A DNA stretch of 64,000 nucleotides from Lama guanicoe. Lineage: Eukaryota. The notes beneath the pieces were generated by a model. That model saw only the letters and a program-made list of their open reading frames with translations. It had not been told where the DNA came from and ran no database searches. The DNA is taken from assembly GCA_013239625.1 (NCBI GenBank), contig MU053083.1, positions 124,001 to 188,000 of the forward strand. The letters run 5' to 3'. A program made the position numbers and the translations under genes. Of this stretch, positions 39,601-52,779 are shown piece after piece; position 1 is the first letter of the stretch; every line of letters starts with the position of its first letter.

Positions 39601-42600
39601 GTACAAAATGGAACCTCGAGGGTTTAAGTTTGATTGTAGGATGACTCCCTGCGTTCTTACCCTGCACATTTAGCACTGCTGGCTCTCTTTAGAGCCCTAC
39701 ATTTAGAGAGGAGAATGTGCACATTTTGTTATATTGTTGGATGTTTTTTCAAAAATGTCTCAGAACCGAATATAAATTGTAGTATTAGAAAACGCTTATC
39801 AGAAAATCTAATTTTACTTTTTGATTGGAACCATTAATTATTTAAATGTTAAGAAATAGTAGCATATTACTTTCAAAAGATATGCTTTACAAATCACTTT
39901 ATTGTCTTTTAATAGCTGGAAGACTCTTTGTGGATGTCATTAACAGATCAGCATATCCAAACCCCGATGGCAATTACTGCAGAGAATCTTGCTGTAAAAC
40001 ATAAAATAAACAGAGAAGACTGTGACAAATATGCCCTGCAGTCCCAGCAGAGGTGGAAAGCTGGTCAGTGAAACTGGATATTATAAATATGTATAGAAAG
40101 AAAACTATAGGAAAGATTTTTATCATTTCAGATTTTAACGATCATACTAGTTTAGAATTACATATTTTGAAAAATCCATTTTTCACCATTCCTTTGTTTT
40201 TAACGATCAGATATTAATGATTACAAATTAACTGGGTATTTCTCTTTTAAAACAAGTTAATATAATGAGGTGTCAGCATAGATTTATCAGCTGTAAGGAA
40301 TATACCACTCTGGTGCAGGATGTCAATTGTGGGAATGATTGAGAGTGTGTTGGGGTAGGGAATTATGGGAGCTTTGTACTTTCTGCTCAGTTTTGCTGTG
40401 AAACTAAAACTGCTCTTAAAAAATAAAGTTTATAAAAATTTTTAAAATGTTAATACTACTTAAATAGTAGTATGATTAACTGGCCCTATCTGGACACTTG
40501 AATTTTGCCCCAAACTAGCCTGTTGTCAGTAGACACTCTGAGGGCTATGATACACTCCCCATCAGGGAGCATGTCCTTCCCTGTGAGACAAGTCACAGTC
40601 AAAAGAAGGGGACGATATGATTGGGGAAGACCCGCTGGGTATCCTTTTCTGATTTCTCTCTCCCACTCCTAATTGAGAATCACTGTGCCTGTCTCAAAGA
40701 CTCCAGACTAGTCCAGGGCCCTTGCTCTGGGGCAATGTCACGCGGCACACTGCTGTTGAACCAGTCCAAAATGAGCAAGAGGGCAGTCGTGCTTTTATCA
40801 GGATGGTGGGTTGAAGAAACTTGCTAGTCTTCTGAAAAGGGTTTTTAAAACTTAACAATTATAAGTGAGCAGGAACTCTTACTTAGGAGTATTAAATACT
40901 CAGAACAGTGAGAATAAAGTTCATCTTAACATTTCAGGGGGCTAAGTGGAATGGTGCTAATCTAGCTCATCCTGTTTTCAGTTACACATTTAAAGTGAAA
41001 GAGTATTGGTCTAGAGGTCATTTCAGTGTGTTTGTAGTTTTGCCACATTAAGATTGACCTCAAGCAATTCTTATTCACTGAGTATTTATTCACTGAGATT
41101 AAAATAGATTAAAACAGAGATCTAAAAATTTTGCCTTCCCTTTTTTCCTAACAGAATTGTAGTGAGAACCAAATAAGGGGAAGTGTTAGCCTCCTGTAAG
41201 GTGGTATCAAAATTAAGGGGCTATTATTCCCAACTTACCCTATTTCTGAAGCTTTAGATTATAAGCCACTTCAGGCAGTGGAGGTGGAAGTAGCATTTTA
41301 CATAGAACTGCGTCATGTAATTTGTTCAGGTTACCTGTCATTGAGTTTCAGTCATAGACTAGTTGGTGACGTAGAAAACTTGGTAACTTTTTTCCTAGTG
41401 TGGTTGGAACACTTAATGGGAGACCTACCCTCTTAATAGAATTGTAAGTGTACATTATTGTTGTCTGGTAACTTTTTAATACTTACCTCGCCCAGAGAAG
41501 TTTAAAAAGGGCATTAAATCCATTCAATGCTATTACATCTGTAGCTAACAAACAATGATGGTCTAGCAGTACCTTGTAAAAAAAAACCTGAAGTTAAAAA
41601 AAAATCAAAATTGTAATTTTTTAAAAGATACAGAATGCATCTGCATGGATGAGAGTATATTAAATCCTCCAGTAGGCAGGGTAATTATGTGAGTAATAGA
41701 GGCTTAGATTGAAGAAGACTGTGAGGAAAGGGTAGAGCAGAAATTAAATTGAAGAATATGTTTGATTTTGTTTTTCTAGTTTCTATTCGTTTTCCTCCCC
41801 ATTCTTACAATAGTCTTTCTACTATTTCAGCTAATGATGCTGGCTACTTTCATAATGAGATGGCACCAATTGAGGTGAAGACTAAGAAAGGAAAACAGAC
41901 AATGCAAATGGATGAACATCCCCGGCCCCAAACCACCCTGGAACAGTTAAATAAACTTCCTCCAGTGTTCAAGAAAGAAGGAACTGTTACGGCAGGGAAC
42001 GCATCAGTGGGTAGCACCCCTGATTAGCTTGAACTCCACCTGATGTGTTCAATGCGAAATAATCGCACAGCGCCTTTTAGATCCCGTTCGTGCCGGTCTT
42101 TAGTTATTTAGCTTAAGCGGGTAGTGTTCATTTTCTATTAATTTGGGTTTTCATAGTCCAACACAAAATATTTTAGCCAAGGGTCCATCTAATACTCCTT
42201 CAGTTTCCTAGTCTTTTCAGAATGTTAGAAAGAAATCTGATTCATTATGTCAGTTTTTATACTTTTTTTCCTTCATGTATACAGCTCATTAGATTTCTTA
42301 CCTCTACTCACACACGGATATGTTTTTCCATGACATTTTTTCCTATTTTCCCTCAGTGTGGTTGTATTTAGTGCCTAAAACACTCTCTTTAATCCCCAAG
42401 TGTACCACGAGTACTGCTTGGTTTGTCCCAGGTTATGGCACTGCTTCACATGTATGGCCATATTCCTGATGCTACTCCATTAAGTCCAAACCTTATGGAC
42501 TAGATTCTTTTACCCTCTAGTTAATCATCTGTTTTTGTTTCCAAGGGGATTTCTGATGGTGCTGGAGCTGTCATCATAGCTAGTGAAGATGCTGTTAAAA

Positions 42601-45600
42601 AACATAACTTCACACCACTGGCAAGAATCGTGGGCTACTTTGTGTCTGGATGTGATCCCTCTATCATGGGTATTGGTAAGTTTGTAGTGAAACAAACTGA
42701 TTCTGTTATATTTCTGGAGATAAGTCTTCTTTGGCATTTGGATTCCTGAAACAGTAGTCAAATCGAGGTCACTTGTGGAGAAAAGGAGATTGGTAATTTA
42801 AACAACTCATCTTTATGAAGAACTGTGCCAGGCACAATAGGAAGACCAAGAGCATGTAAACTCCTTGTGGGCAGCAAACATGTCCTGTTGTCCATTTCAG
42901 ATACATAAAATTATCACACAGTAAACAGAGAAGAATTACAAGGTACTAACAAGATAAAAGAAAATGTGAGGTGGGAGAACTCATTGAAATATAGAAGATA
43001 CACACCCCAGTGGGTATTTTATACATGGTCATTAATGTATCTCATTTAATCTTCCCACAACTCTAGTGAGACTTCTTTGTGAATGAGAACATTGAGGCTT
43101 AGAAAGGTTGTCTTATAAAGTTCCAAACCAGTAAATGATGGAGCAGGGATGGGAATCCAGGTCTAATTCCACTGCTCTTTTCACTGTGTTGTCTCAAGAT
43201 GTCAAAGAAATATGCACCTGACTCAGCTGAGGCTTGATAGGAAAATGAAGAATTATAAGAAATGCAGCCCAATCAGCAAAGTACTGGCAAGAGCAAATTT
43301 GGAACTCCCTCCAAACATGTATGGTGTTGGCTCAAAAAATATGAATTGGAAGGAAAACCAAAGACTTTCTGCTGAATACACTCAGAAACTGCAGATGATG
43401 CTGATTTGAATAGTTTCTGTTACCGTTCTTTGGGGAAACAGAGAACCAATTACGTGCCTTACTTACAAAAATAAAATTGGTACCCAAAGGCTTTGATGTA
43501 TCCCACCTGTACCTTCACACCCCAAGAAAAATTCTGCCCTAGGTTATAGATTCAGATTCCTGCTAGGTCCAGAGACTTCCCTGTATGCTGAGGCCTTTTT
43601 TGACTAAAATTGGCATGTGAAGTAGGTTCCATGGAAGGAGGAGGATCACCTATTGCTGACCTGCCTTCTCAGAAATCCTTTAGTGTAATCCTGCAGGTCC
43701 TACTCAAATAATAGCACTTATGCTGATTTGAGACTAAGTTAATACCCAACCATGTTTGCTACCGTGTCCTTCAGAGATTTATCTCTGTACAGACCTCCTA
43801 AGAAAGTAAGCTTGTCGTCTTTCACTGCATTGCAGATTATGTCAGCCCAAACTGCAAGCTATGTTAGCATCTGTTAAAAGTCAATTGTTTTCTATATTGT
43901 AGTCTTAAAAACTTACTAGCTGTTAGCAACCCACTATCAGCAAAGTATACTTTTGTCTTAAAAGTGGAAAGTAGCTTGAAAAATTAAACATCTGTCTATT
44001 GCTATGGTATTTATCATTTTGTTATCTAGGGCAGTGATTCCCAACCCCAAATGATAATCAAAATCCACCTATTAACATCCTCCCCACCCAAATTTTGTTT
44101 CAGTAGGTCCAGGGTAGAGCCTAGGAATATTTTTTCTTGATGGTTTTGATGATCAACTATATTTATCTGATATAGATAAGTAATTATTTTATAGTTTTCA
44201 GTTTTACTTCATTTAAGAGGCTCTGATACATTAACATAGTCAGTGAGCAAGGAAACGTTTCCCTTCCTTCTGTTCCCAGGCCTGGATGTTTGCCCTGTAG
44301 CACAATAAATGCCATTGTGGAAGGAGTTTCTCTTTTCCCTCAGGGTTTGAACAGAGCTGTGTATGTTAGCTGTCCCACAGTGCCAGATGTCCCCCTCACC
44401 TAGATTGCTCATCTATCGGTTGTAGTATGGGATTGAACAAGGTGACTGTGCGAAGTGCACTGGATGAATAAACACAGGAGAACAGATTATTGAGCATCCA
44501 GTGGGAACTGATTCGTCAATCCAGTTTCTAAGAATAACTGTTCCCCAGTTAATGCAGTTATCCAACATATAGCAATGCTTCGCCCTCCAGAGTAGCTGCA
44601 GACCCAGAAAAAGGGGGAAAGCCAGCACTTGAAGAGAGCAGTCATGGCTCCAAGGAAGGACGCAGTTATGGGGAGATGGTGCCCCTGCAGCCCCCCAGGG
44701 CGGCAGTAGAGGTGGGGTTGGTCGGTGGCATTTTGAGCCTCTCCAGCTGGGGCATTGCTAGCTTCCTCTATTATTGGCTTCATCCGTGGAAAGGATCCCA
44801 CTGCCTATAAAGAAATGGGTCAAAAACCAGTTCAAAGCACTTCTGAAGAGAAGCTTGTAGCCCCAAAAGGTACCTAGGTCACACGGCTATTAGTGGTAAC
44901 AGCCAGTGCCAGAAATAAGCTGTCCTGTCCCCAACAAGAATACCCTACCTCCCTGAGTCCCAGCAAGTCACAGGGTGGTGTGGGAGCGGCCCTTTGAAAG
45001 TCAGCTGGTGGCCAAGCCTGTTGCTACAGATGGCTGTAAGGGTCCTAAGTTAACGTGAGCACACTGCTCATGCTGACTGTGTCATGAGGACAGAGAGGTG
45101 TGTACAATGGTTTTACACCCTCCACTTTCAGTTCTGTGTACCTTTCACCCCTGTAGGATGCTTCATCCCTGACCATGTTAGATAACTGATGCTCTGTTAT
45201 TGACCGTCCATCCCGTTTTCATGCCTTAGAGATACAGAAAGAATCTGGAATTAGATTCTGTATTAAATCAGTAGCCAGAACAGACCTAATGCTTTAAATT
45301 GAAAAGCGTTATCAACTAGATGGCCCTACCCATCAGCAGCCTGTTGTCTGAGGAAATTTAAGTAGCTGACAAAATAAATTACATTATATTTAGATTGTGT
45401 TAACGCTTTTCTTGTAAAGACTGACTTCCCACTTTACATGAGGTATATCTGTGAAGCTTGTTACAGAATATTTGACTACTTGAATCCAACAGAACATACC
45501 ACATCCTTTTCTTTTTAGACATTTATGGTGATTTCATTCTCTAAGAACAGATAGAGATGTAGATAATCATCCCTAGCCGGATTATTTTTACCTTTTGGGA

Positions 45601-48600
45601 AAAAATAACAATTTACTTAAAAATTAAGAGCAGTATCAAACTGCCACTGGTGATCATCAGAAATCTGGGAGCTAAAGTTTGTTTCAAAAGTTTTTTTAGG
45701 TGGATTTGCATTTCTTCAGTAGGGGTTGTGTTTTATTTTTATTCGAGCTGTAAATGTCTGCTTGCTTCAGGTATCTTTCCCTGAAGTGACTGGTAGCTTC
45801 CTGTCTTGCTCTGCCCATATGGCGAGACTGCCGCTACTTGTTGCCTTTTGTTCAAATGGGCCTGAAAACTCAGGAAGTAGCCACAGTCACTTCTATACTG
45901 GGAACGCATATGATGTGTATCCCAGGAGAGCACTCAGTCTGCCTTGCCATTTGGGATTAAGAATGCTCTATGCAAAGTCCCAGAAATGACTCCTTTGGTT
46001 ATTTGAATTCTTAATGTCATTTATGGCAGACCTTTTCATGTAAATCTCCCATCTACAATCTGACAGCATAACCAGCTTTTCACCTTGGTCCCATTTTCTT
46101 TATTGTCACATCCTTTAATAGTGAGCTATCAGGATGGCAAGATTTATAGCTACTAACTGTCACATTATTTCCTTCTTACTTAACCTGTTTGGTAAAGGAG
46201 AAATTTGACACTTCACGATGAAACTGACTTCTGTTCCTATACAGGCCCCGTCCCCGCCATCAGTGGGGCGCTGAAGAAAACAGGACTGAGTCTTAAGGAC
46301 ATGGATTTGGTAGAAGTAAGTGTCCTACTTTTTCTACAACATGAATGAACCACCAACTTCTGTAGCATAAATGGCTTTAGTTTGGTATTTTATAGTTCTT
46401 TTTGTTTTAGTACTATTAAACTTTCCAAGTGATGTGCATCTAAATAAGTATTACTTTCATTACATGCCCTGTGCTGGTATATAATCAGGCCCTACCTGAT
46501 TAAAATGCTTTATTTATATTTGAATAATTTAAAACAGCCTGATTTCTTCTACTAAAGTATAAATTCCTGGAAACTTTTTATGACCTTGTAAGATTCTATT
46601 ACATTTTAGACTATTAATGTGCCTATTGAATTGGGTTGGATGTTACATAAGGTGAGGGAGAAGAAACTTGAACCCTATTTTATGGATTAAAGTGAAAAAA
46701 TTAAAGTTAAAAAAAATTGACCTAATAGAAAACCAATTATCTGATCCCAAATCTAAAACGTTCTTGCACTTCCTGCCAAGTTGAGCACCCTCCCCACCAA
46801 ACTTAACCTTTGGCTCTTACACCATAGTTGTGTCTTGATTTGGGATGCACCAATCTTAATTTTTGGCACTGGAAACTTCAGTTTATTGGTAGAGTGACTT
46901 CTTTAGTGTTCGTTTAGAACAAAGACATCTTAAATATTTAGTACAATTAAAAGAAAGGGTTAAGAAAATGCTTAAAGATGGATTATTATATTCTACATTT
47001 GGAGAGTATTTGAATATTTTAGGTAATTAAGTAACGCTGCTTGACACTGGGAAATAACTAATATAACAAAGGAAATCTATTTAAATTGATGGAGAAGGGG
47101 CCTTTTCACTCTAGGCACTTGTGTGACATCCTCTGTGGTAATCTCTCACCCAGGAAATGGTGGTTTCAGACAAATGGTTATCCTTAAATCTCTTCCATTC
47201 TCAGGCGATCACAGCCCAGAGCTTCAGAGGGGGCTACTTAATTACCATGTTTCTGTCGGCAAATAGGTCCACTAAATTTCCAACTTTAGATTTCACACTT
47301 AAAACTCTTGAAATATGGCAGCTCTGCAGAGCTGTCCATAGTCATGTATCGATGTATAAATACTCCAGGATACAGCTCTCAGCACATCCGTGATCGTCTC
47401 CGGGACTTTGGAGGATCACGCAGTCGTCTTTCCTAGGTTCAAAGGCCTAGTTTCACAACATATTCTAGGTCTTTTAGGACTTCCTTAAGCATAACCATAT
47501 AAAATGGGAAAAATAACACTGGCTCCAAGGACAAATAAAGCACCATCCTGGGAGAGCACAAAACACAGTAGGAAAGAACACAGGCTAGATCTTTATCCCA
47601 ACCCTGGAAAAGCTGGCTTTCTTAAAGTCAGTTTTCTTGTCTGTAAAAATTTCCTAGCTAAGGTCATATGAAAATATAGTGTTATTAACATGAAATAAGG
47701 TCACAGCCAGCCTTGTTAAGTATAATACAACAATATGACACTTTTTAGTTCTGGCCGCATTTCAACACAGTAACCATTCCTCTTATGAATCCGGCTCTGA
47801 AGGTTTATTCTTTGCTGTCTATCAGTTTCTTCGTGGAAGTATGGCTGGCAGTACTGCAAAGTAGTACTAATAATAGCAACCATTTATTGAACACTTGCTT
47901 CTATCAGGTACTACACTAAACACTTAATACTTGACTTCATTTAACCTCAACAATAACTCTTAAGATGTTACTACAGTCACATTTTACCACTGAAGAAACT
48001 TGAATGCCAAGAGAGTTTAATGAATGTGCATACAGCCAAGATCTGAACTGTGCATCTGGCTCCAGACCCCGTGAGCTTTCTACAGTATCCCACTGCCTTG
48101 AGTCCAGTATCTGTTCATAGTATCACTGAGGATTTGTTTTTCCTAAGGGATGAATTAGGCCTATAGTATCATTTAGTGAATATACCCATTTTCAAACCTA
48201 TTATCTTTACAAAGAATGATGATAAAATAACCTTGCAAACTAATTTAAATAGGAAAAACAGGAAATTTAGTCATTGATAAGACTGGACAATTCTCAGTTA
48301 AAAATCATTTTGTGAATAAGGATTTTTATCAGTGTTGTGATTGTTTTAAAGGTGAATGAAGCTTTTGCTCCCCAGTACTTGGCAGTTGAGAAGAGTTTGG
48401 ATCTTGACCCAAGTAAAACCAATGTGAATGGAGGAGCCATTGCTTTGGGTCACCCATTGGGAGGATCTGGATCAAGAATTACCACACACCTAGTTCATGA
48501 ATTAAGGTACTTGGCTAGAGATAGTTGCATTTCAGATTTACCATCTTTTGCAGAAAAACATGAAACAACTGACAATTTGGGTAGTAGCTAAGTTCTTCCT

Positions 48601-49461
48601 TCACCGTTTCCCGGACTCCAGGAGGGAGCCTTCTGTGTGTTTGATACTTTTCAGTTTAATAGAAGAGCTCCTCCTTCTGTACTGTGTCCTTTGGACCATT
48701 TTGCTCTGTTGGTAGGAAAATTGCAAACAAAACCAAATACATCAGGCCAGAAAATCATGCTGGCTTCCTGTGAGGTTAAGGTAAATGGGATTCCTATTTA
48801 ACTTGATGATTGATTGGGTTGAAATGAGTGACTGACATGCACAAAAGTAATTCCTAGATGGTTTTCTCAAGGTCATTCTATCAGAACTGAAGAATGAAAA
48901 CAGATGTTACTTTAAAGGAGTCTAATTTTTATGAAAGGGACATGAAATGTTTCTAAACCATCTGACCGTTTATACGGACAAACCTCAGTAAATTATATTT
49001 ATTCTAAGATGCTATAAAAATCTAAAGCCAGTAAATCAAAGGGGATGAATATTACTCCCCCTTCTTCAACTTCTGGCTCGCCCCAATTTCCTCCTCTCCT
49101 CACTCCTTTCTCACAGCAAACTAAGCTTTTATATTTGTTTCAGCCCCCTCTCTTCTGTGTAACTACCTTTTTTTTTTTTTAATAAAAATATTCAGCTTTC
49201 CAAATTCTTTCTGTTCTTTTCCCCAGTATTGAGGATTGGAGAAAAGATTCAGCTGGTGAGCTGAACGAGAATGAATCATGCAAATGTGATCGTTACACGT
49301 TCTAGTTAATTAATGATGTCATTAATTCTGTGTAGTCTTTATTGAAGTAGATTTCAGCCACTGCTCTCTCTCTTAGGCGCCGGGGTGGAAGATATGCTGT
49401 AGGATCGGCCTGCATTGGAGGGGGCCAGGGAATCGCGGTCATCATCCAGAGCACAGCCTAG
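24632..49461 (+). CDS. ACAA2: Acetyl-CoA acyltransferase 2 (mitochondrial 3-ketoacyl-CoA thiolase), 10 coding exons, 1194 nt, 397 aa
   Basis: Exon lengths 16+167+129+117+148+176+130+71+155+85 = 1194; all GT-AG; thiolase motifs [26 protein letters not shown] intact. Confidence 0.98.
24784..24798 (-). promoter_or_regulatory. Nuclear-receptor element (ERR/NR5A consensus TCAAGGTCA plus adjacent GGGTCA half-site)
   Basis: TGACCTTGA at 24784-24792, GGGTCA at 24793-24798, in intron 1 within the CpG island. Confidence 0.55.
25280..26330 (-). mobile_element. L2 remnant interrupted by a young L1 3' end (~25700-26148, plus strand)
   Basis: L2-like purine-rich flanks; internal L1 3' UTR with A-tail; degenerate ...CTTCAGG duplication. 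Confidence 0.7.
27830..29600 (-). mobile_element. Antisense L1 (ORF2 end + 3' UTR, ~28045-29435) within an older L1 fragment
   Basis: Minus-strand ORF2 peptides [32 protein letters not shown]. Confidence 0.8.
31125..31291 (+). CDS. ACAA2: ACAA2 exon 2
   Basis: Branch point GACTAAC 31084-31090; atag|GT...CAG|gttagt; [16 protein letters not shown]...VGNVIQ. Confidence 0.97.
32030..33155 (-). mobile_element. Antisense L1 ORF2 fragment
   Basis: Typical antisense L1 text (CACCATTTGTTGAAAAGACTG etc.). Confidence 0.8.
33685..34072. mobile_element. Two adjacent MER5-like hAT MITE remnants
   Basis: CTCAAAGTATGGTCC...AAAGTTTGGGAAACAGTG and CTCAGCCATGG...GGCTGAGAAC ends. Confidence 0.6.
34410..34538 (+). 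CDS. ACAA2: ACAA2 exon 3 (catalytic Cys92 codon 34500-34502)
   Basis: cccag|AAT...CAG|gtatgg; [17 protein letters not shown]...[16 protein letters not shown]. Confidence 0.97.
34712..35035 (+). mobile_element. L1MB-like 3' end
   Basis: GAAGACATTATGCTAA...CACTTAAAATTGGTTAAAATGGTAAATTTT. Confidence 0.7.
36139..36255 (+). CDS. ACAA2: ACAA2 exon 4
   Basis: aatag|GAC...AAG|gttgga; [39 protein letters not shown]. Confidence 0.96.
36273..36417 (-). mobile_element. tRNA-derived SINE (camelid-type)
   Basis: Minus strand A box (TAGTTTAGTGG) and B box (GTTCAATCC), A-rich tail; 15-bp TSD TGGAACCAT(A/T)AACAT at 36258-36272 and 36418-36432. Confidence 0.88.
36689..38730 (+). mobile_element. Young 5'-truncated L1 (~2 kb)
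   Basis: Starts at RT motif ADDVILY; ORF2 C-terminus, 3' UTR, (AAAT)n tail; TSD AAGATAGGTAAAGGTT (36673-36688; right copy split by a SINE). Confidence 0.93.
38742..38918 (+). mobile_element. tRNA-derived SINE (same family as 36273-36417)
   Basis: TAGCTCAAATGG A box, GGTTCAATCCC B box, AT-rich tail; TSD AAAAGATAGGT (38731-38741, 38919-38929). Confidence 0.9.
39916..40063 (+). CDS. ACAA2: ACAA2 exon 5
   Basis: aatag|CTG...CTG|gtcagt; [49 protein letters not shown]. Confidence 0.97.
41393..41465 (-). mobile_element. Very short L1MA-like 3' end
   Basis: TSD TGGTAACTTTTT at 41381-41392 and 41466-41477. Confidence 0.7.
41831..42006 (+). CDS. ACAA2: ACAA2 exon 6
   Basis: ttcag|CT...TCA|gtgggt; [16 protein letters not shown]...GTVTAGNAS. 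Confidence 0.96.
42546..42675 (+). CDS. ACAA2: ACAA2 exon 7
   Basis: ccaag|GGG...TTG|gtaagt; [43 protein letters not shown]. Confidence 0.97.
46245..46315 (+). CDS. ACAA2: ACAA2 exon 8
   Basis: tacag|GC...GAA|gtaagt; [23 protein letters not shown]. Confidence 0.97.
47870..48100 (-). mobile_element. MIR SINE remnant (others near 3840-3960, 35050-35240, 43030-43190, 60420-60570, 61590-61700)
   Basis: Core motifs CATTTATTGAACACTT, CATTTTAC..TGAAGAAACT, TCTGGCTCCAGA. Confidence 0.65.
48352..48506 (+). CDS. ACAA2: ACAA2 exon 9
   Basis: taaag|GTG...AAG|gtactt; [14 protein letters not shown]...[19 protein letters not shown]. Confidence 0.97.
49377..49461 (+). CDS. ACAA2: ACAA2 exon 10 coding part
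   Basis: cttag|[28 protein letters not shown] then TAG 49459-49461. Confidence 0.97.
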
Positions 49462-49602
49462 GAGAGCAGGGAGCCTCCACGGCCCAGGCTCACGTGACCT
49501 GGCTAATGCGCAACTGGCCATGCCCTGCACTGAGTGTGATGGTGTTTGATCAGGGAATAGTGGGGCAAAGATGCATTTATCATGAACAAGAGCCCATGTC
49601 AG

Positions 49603-49745
49603 AATAAATTCTCTCAAATTTGCACCAAATATGATGTACGTCTGAACTAAAACCCAGCTATAGAAGGCCTTAAAAGGAATTGTATCCTTCCCAAATAACC
49701 ACCACTTCTGCCTTAAAAAATATGATTGCTAGGAAATCGAATAAA
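49603..49745 (+). terminator. ACAA2 poly(A) signals
   Basis: AATAAA at 49603-49608 and 49740-49745, the latter followed by a T/GT-rich tract. Confidence 0.7.
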
Positions 49746-49794
49746 TTCTGCCTTAACTTCAGCTAATCATTTCCTGTCATTTTTTGTATTTAAA

Positions 49795-50490
49795 AAAATT
49801 TTTTAATTGAGATAAAATATACATAACAGAAAATGTAACATACTAACCATTTTGAAGTGTATAGTTCAGTGGCATTAAATACAATAGTCACCACCATCCC
49901 TCTTTTAACCCTGCAGAACTGAAGCTCTGTACCCATTAAACAACAGCTCCCCATTCCTCGCTCCCTGCAGCCCCTGGCAGTTACCATTCTACTTTCTGTC
50001 TCTATGGATTTGATTTCAATAGTTACCTCATATAAGGGAAATCATACAGTATTTGTCCTTTTGTGCCTGGCTTATTTCACTTAGCATCGTGGTCTCAAGA
50101 TTCATCCATATTGCAGCATGTCTCAGAATTTTCTTTTTGAAGGCTGAATAATATTCCATTATACGTATATAGCACATTTTGGTTTTTCTTTCATCCATCG
50201 ATGGACATTTGGTTTGAGGCACCTCTTGGCTATTGTGAATTTATGCTGCTATAAACATAGGTGTACCAGTATCTGTTCATGGCCTTGCTTTCAGTTCTTT
50301 TGCGTATACCCAGAAGTAGATTCCTGAATATGATAATTCTATTAATACTTTGAAGAACTGCCATACTGTTTCCATAGCAGCTGTACCATTTTACACTCCC
50401 ACTATTATTGCACAAGGGTTTAAATTTTTCCACATCCTCACCAATTTCACTGTTTTTCTGTTTGTTTTTTATAAGATGGCTGTTATATAT
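49795..50490 (-). mobile_element. L1MB-like 3' end
   Basis: Minus-strand ORF2 end ([27 protein letters not shown]) and 3' UTR. Confidence 0.8.
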
Positions 50491-50549
50491 ATAAAAAAAA
50501 AACAGAAAAAAGTATTGGTGATGATTAAGTAATTTGTCGAGGTGGACTT

Positions 50550-51240
50550 GTTGAGTGCTTGACAGTTGAGCAAACACTTGAAAGAGCTGACAGCCACACA
50601 GATACCCAAGAAAGGTTAAGAGAAACAGCCAGGGCATGGCCTTGAGGTAGGAGCGTTCCTGCTGTGCAAGGAGGCCAGTGTGGCTGAAGCAGAGGGAGCA
50701 GGAGCAGAGAGGTGGGAGAGGAGTCAGGGAAGCACCCTGGGTGCGTATCACATAGGGCCTTACACACCATTGCAGGGACTCTGGCTTTTATTCTGAGTAC
50801 AGTGGGAGCCACTGCAGGCTTCTGAGTAGAGGAGAGGCTTCACCTGACTGACATTTGAAGGACAGCTCAGTCTGTTCTATTGAGGTGAACTGTAGAGGCA
50901 CAGTGTTGGAATAGGATGCTGTCACAGTAGTCATCCAAGCCAAGAATGACGGCAGCTAAGATCTAGAGTCAGAAGAGTGGTGGGAAGCTGCCAGACTCTG
51001 GTTATATTCTGAAGACAGAGCTGTGGTTGGTAGAGAAAAGAGTCCAAGGATGGCTCTGGGCTTTTCACCTCGGACACTGAGATGGGAAGGCTGCAAGTGG
51101 AGCAGGTTTGAGTGGAGGTTCAGGAGTTCAGTTCAGACATCCCAGCAGAGATGCTGAGTAGGCATTTAGGTGAAGGGGTCTAGCATTTTGGATAGAGCTA
51201 GATATGAAAGTCATTGGCATATAAATTGGATTTAATCAAT
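50550..51240 (-). mobile_element. L2 remnant
   Basis: GGAGGCCAGTGTGGCTGAAGCAGAG and CAGGAGTTCAGTT L2-type motifs. Confidence 0.7.
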
Positions 51241-51259
51241 AACTATTAGCCTCACTATT

Positions 51260-52270
51260 GACAAAAAGACAACTTACTGGATGGGGGAAAATATTTACAA
51301 GTGATATGACAAATAAGGGGTTAATACCACAAAATATATAAACAGCTCATACAACTCAACATCAAAAAACAAGCAAACTGATTTACAAAATGGGCAGAAG
51401 ACTTCAATAGACATTTTTCCAAAAAAGACATACAGATGGCAAATAGGTACATGAAAAGATGCTCAATATCATTAATCTTCAGCGAAATGCAAATCAAAAC
51501 CACAATGAGGTAACACCCTACACCTGTCAGAGTGGCTATCATCAAAAAGACCATGAATAACAAATGCTGGCAAGGATGTGAAGAAAAGGGGACCATTGTA
51601 CACTGTTGGTACAAAGGTAAGGTATAACCATTATGGAAAACAATCAGAAGGTTTCTCAGAAAACTACCAGATAGAACTACCATATGACCCAGCAATTCCA
51701 CACCTGGGTATCAATCCAAAAAACCCAAATGCACATGCACCTCAGTTGGTTCATAGCAGCATTATTTACAATTGCCAAGATATGGAAGCAACCTAAGTGT
51801 CTATCAACAGATGAATGGATAAAGAAGCGGTGTACACACACACAGAGGAATATTACTCAGACATAAAAAAGAATGAAACTTTGCCATTTGCAACAACATG
51901 GATGGACTTGGTGGGTATTATGCTATGTGAAATAAGTCAGACAGAGAAATACTGTATATCACTTATATGTAGAATCTAAAAACAACAAACTAGTGAATAT
52001 TACAAAAAAGAAACAGACTCACAGATATAGAGAACAAATTAGTGGTTATCAGTGGGGAGAGGGATGGGGAAGGGGCAAGATACGGGTAGGGGATTAATAG
52101 ATACAAATTACTATGTATAAAATAAGTGTGCTACAAGGATATATTGTACAACACAAGGAATATAGCCAAGATTTTATAATAACTGTAAATGGAATATAAC
52201 CTTTAAAAATTGTGAACCACTCTGTTGAACCCCTGAAACTCATGTAATATTGTACATCAACTATACCTCG
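51260..52270 (+). mobile_element. L1 ORF2 end + 3' UTR
   Basis: AAATGCAAATCAAAACCACAATGAG, FIAALFTIAKIWKQPKC, 3' ...TCAACTATACCTC. Confidence 0.85.
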
Positions 52271-52763
52271 AAAGTTAAAGAATTAGTGACCTTCATCCTA
52301 GATAGACTCAAACAAGAAAAGAACAATTTTCCCTTCTATTAAGACTCTTAGGTTTTTCTTTTTATGACTCAAAAATTTAAATGAGAATAAGAATAATCTA
52401 TAAAAACAAGTATATCTGTATTATCCGTATGGAGAGTGATTCAATTATTTTATAAGTTTATCATTTTACATAATAAGTGCCATCTCTTCTACTCTCATGG
52501 AAAAAGATGTAAATTCCTCACTAAATTGAATAATTTAAAATGAAGAATGGGAGAATACATTTTTTAAAGATACCCTAACCTAAAAGGGATGCCTTTGCAA
52601 TTGAGAAATAATTGAAATAATTTTTATGAATTGAACAATGACTCTCCTTTTCCTTTCTCTCCATCTCATTTTTTATTCAAGTGAATCCTGCGCATTTTCA
52701 CAGATCAGGTTGGTTTGCAGTGGGGGGTCCACCTGCACAGCAGCAAGCCCAGGGACACTTCTT

Positions 52764-52779
52764 CCCCTAGGTGGCGCCA
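52764..52779 (+). promoter_or_regulatory. Candidate CTCF site
   Basis: CCCCTAGGTGGCGCCA, one mismatch to the CCASYAGRKGGCR core. Confidence 0.5.
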
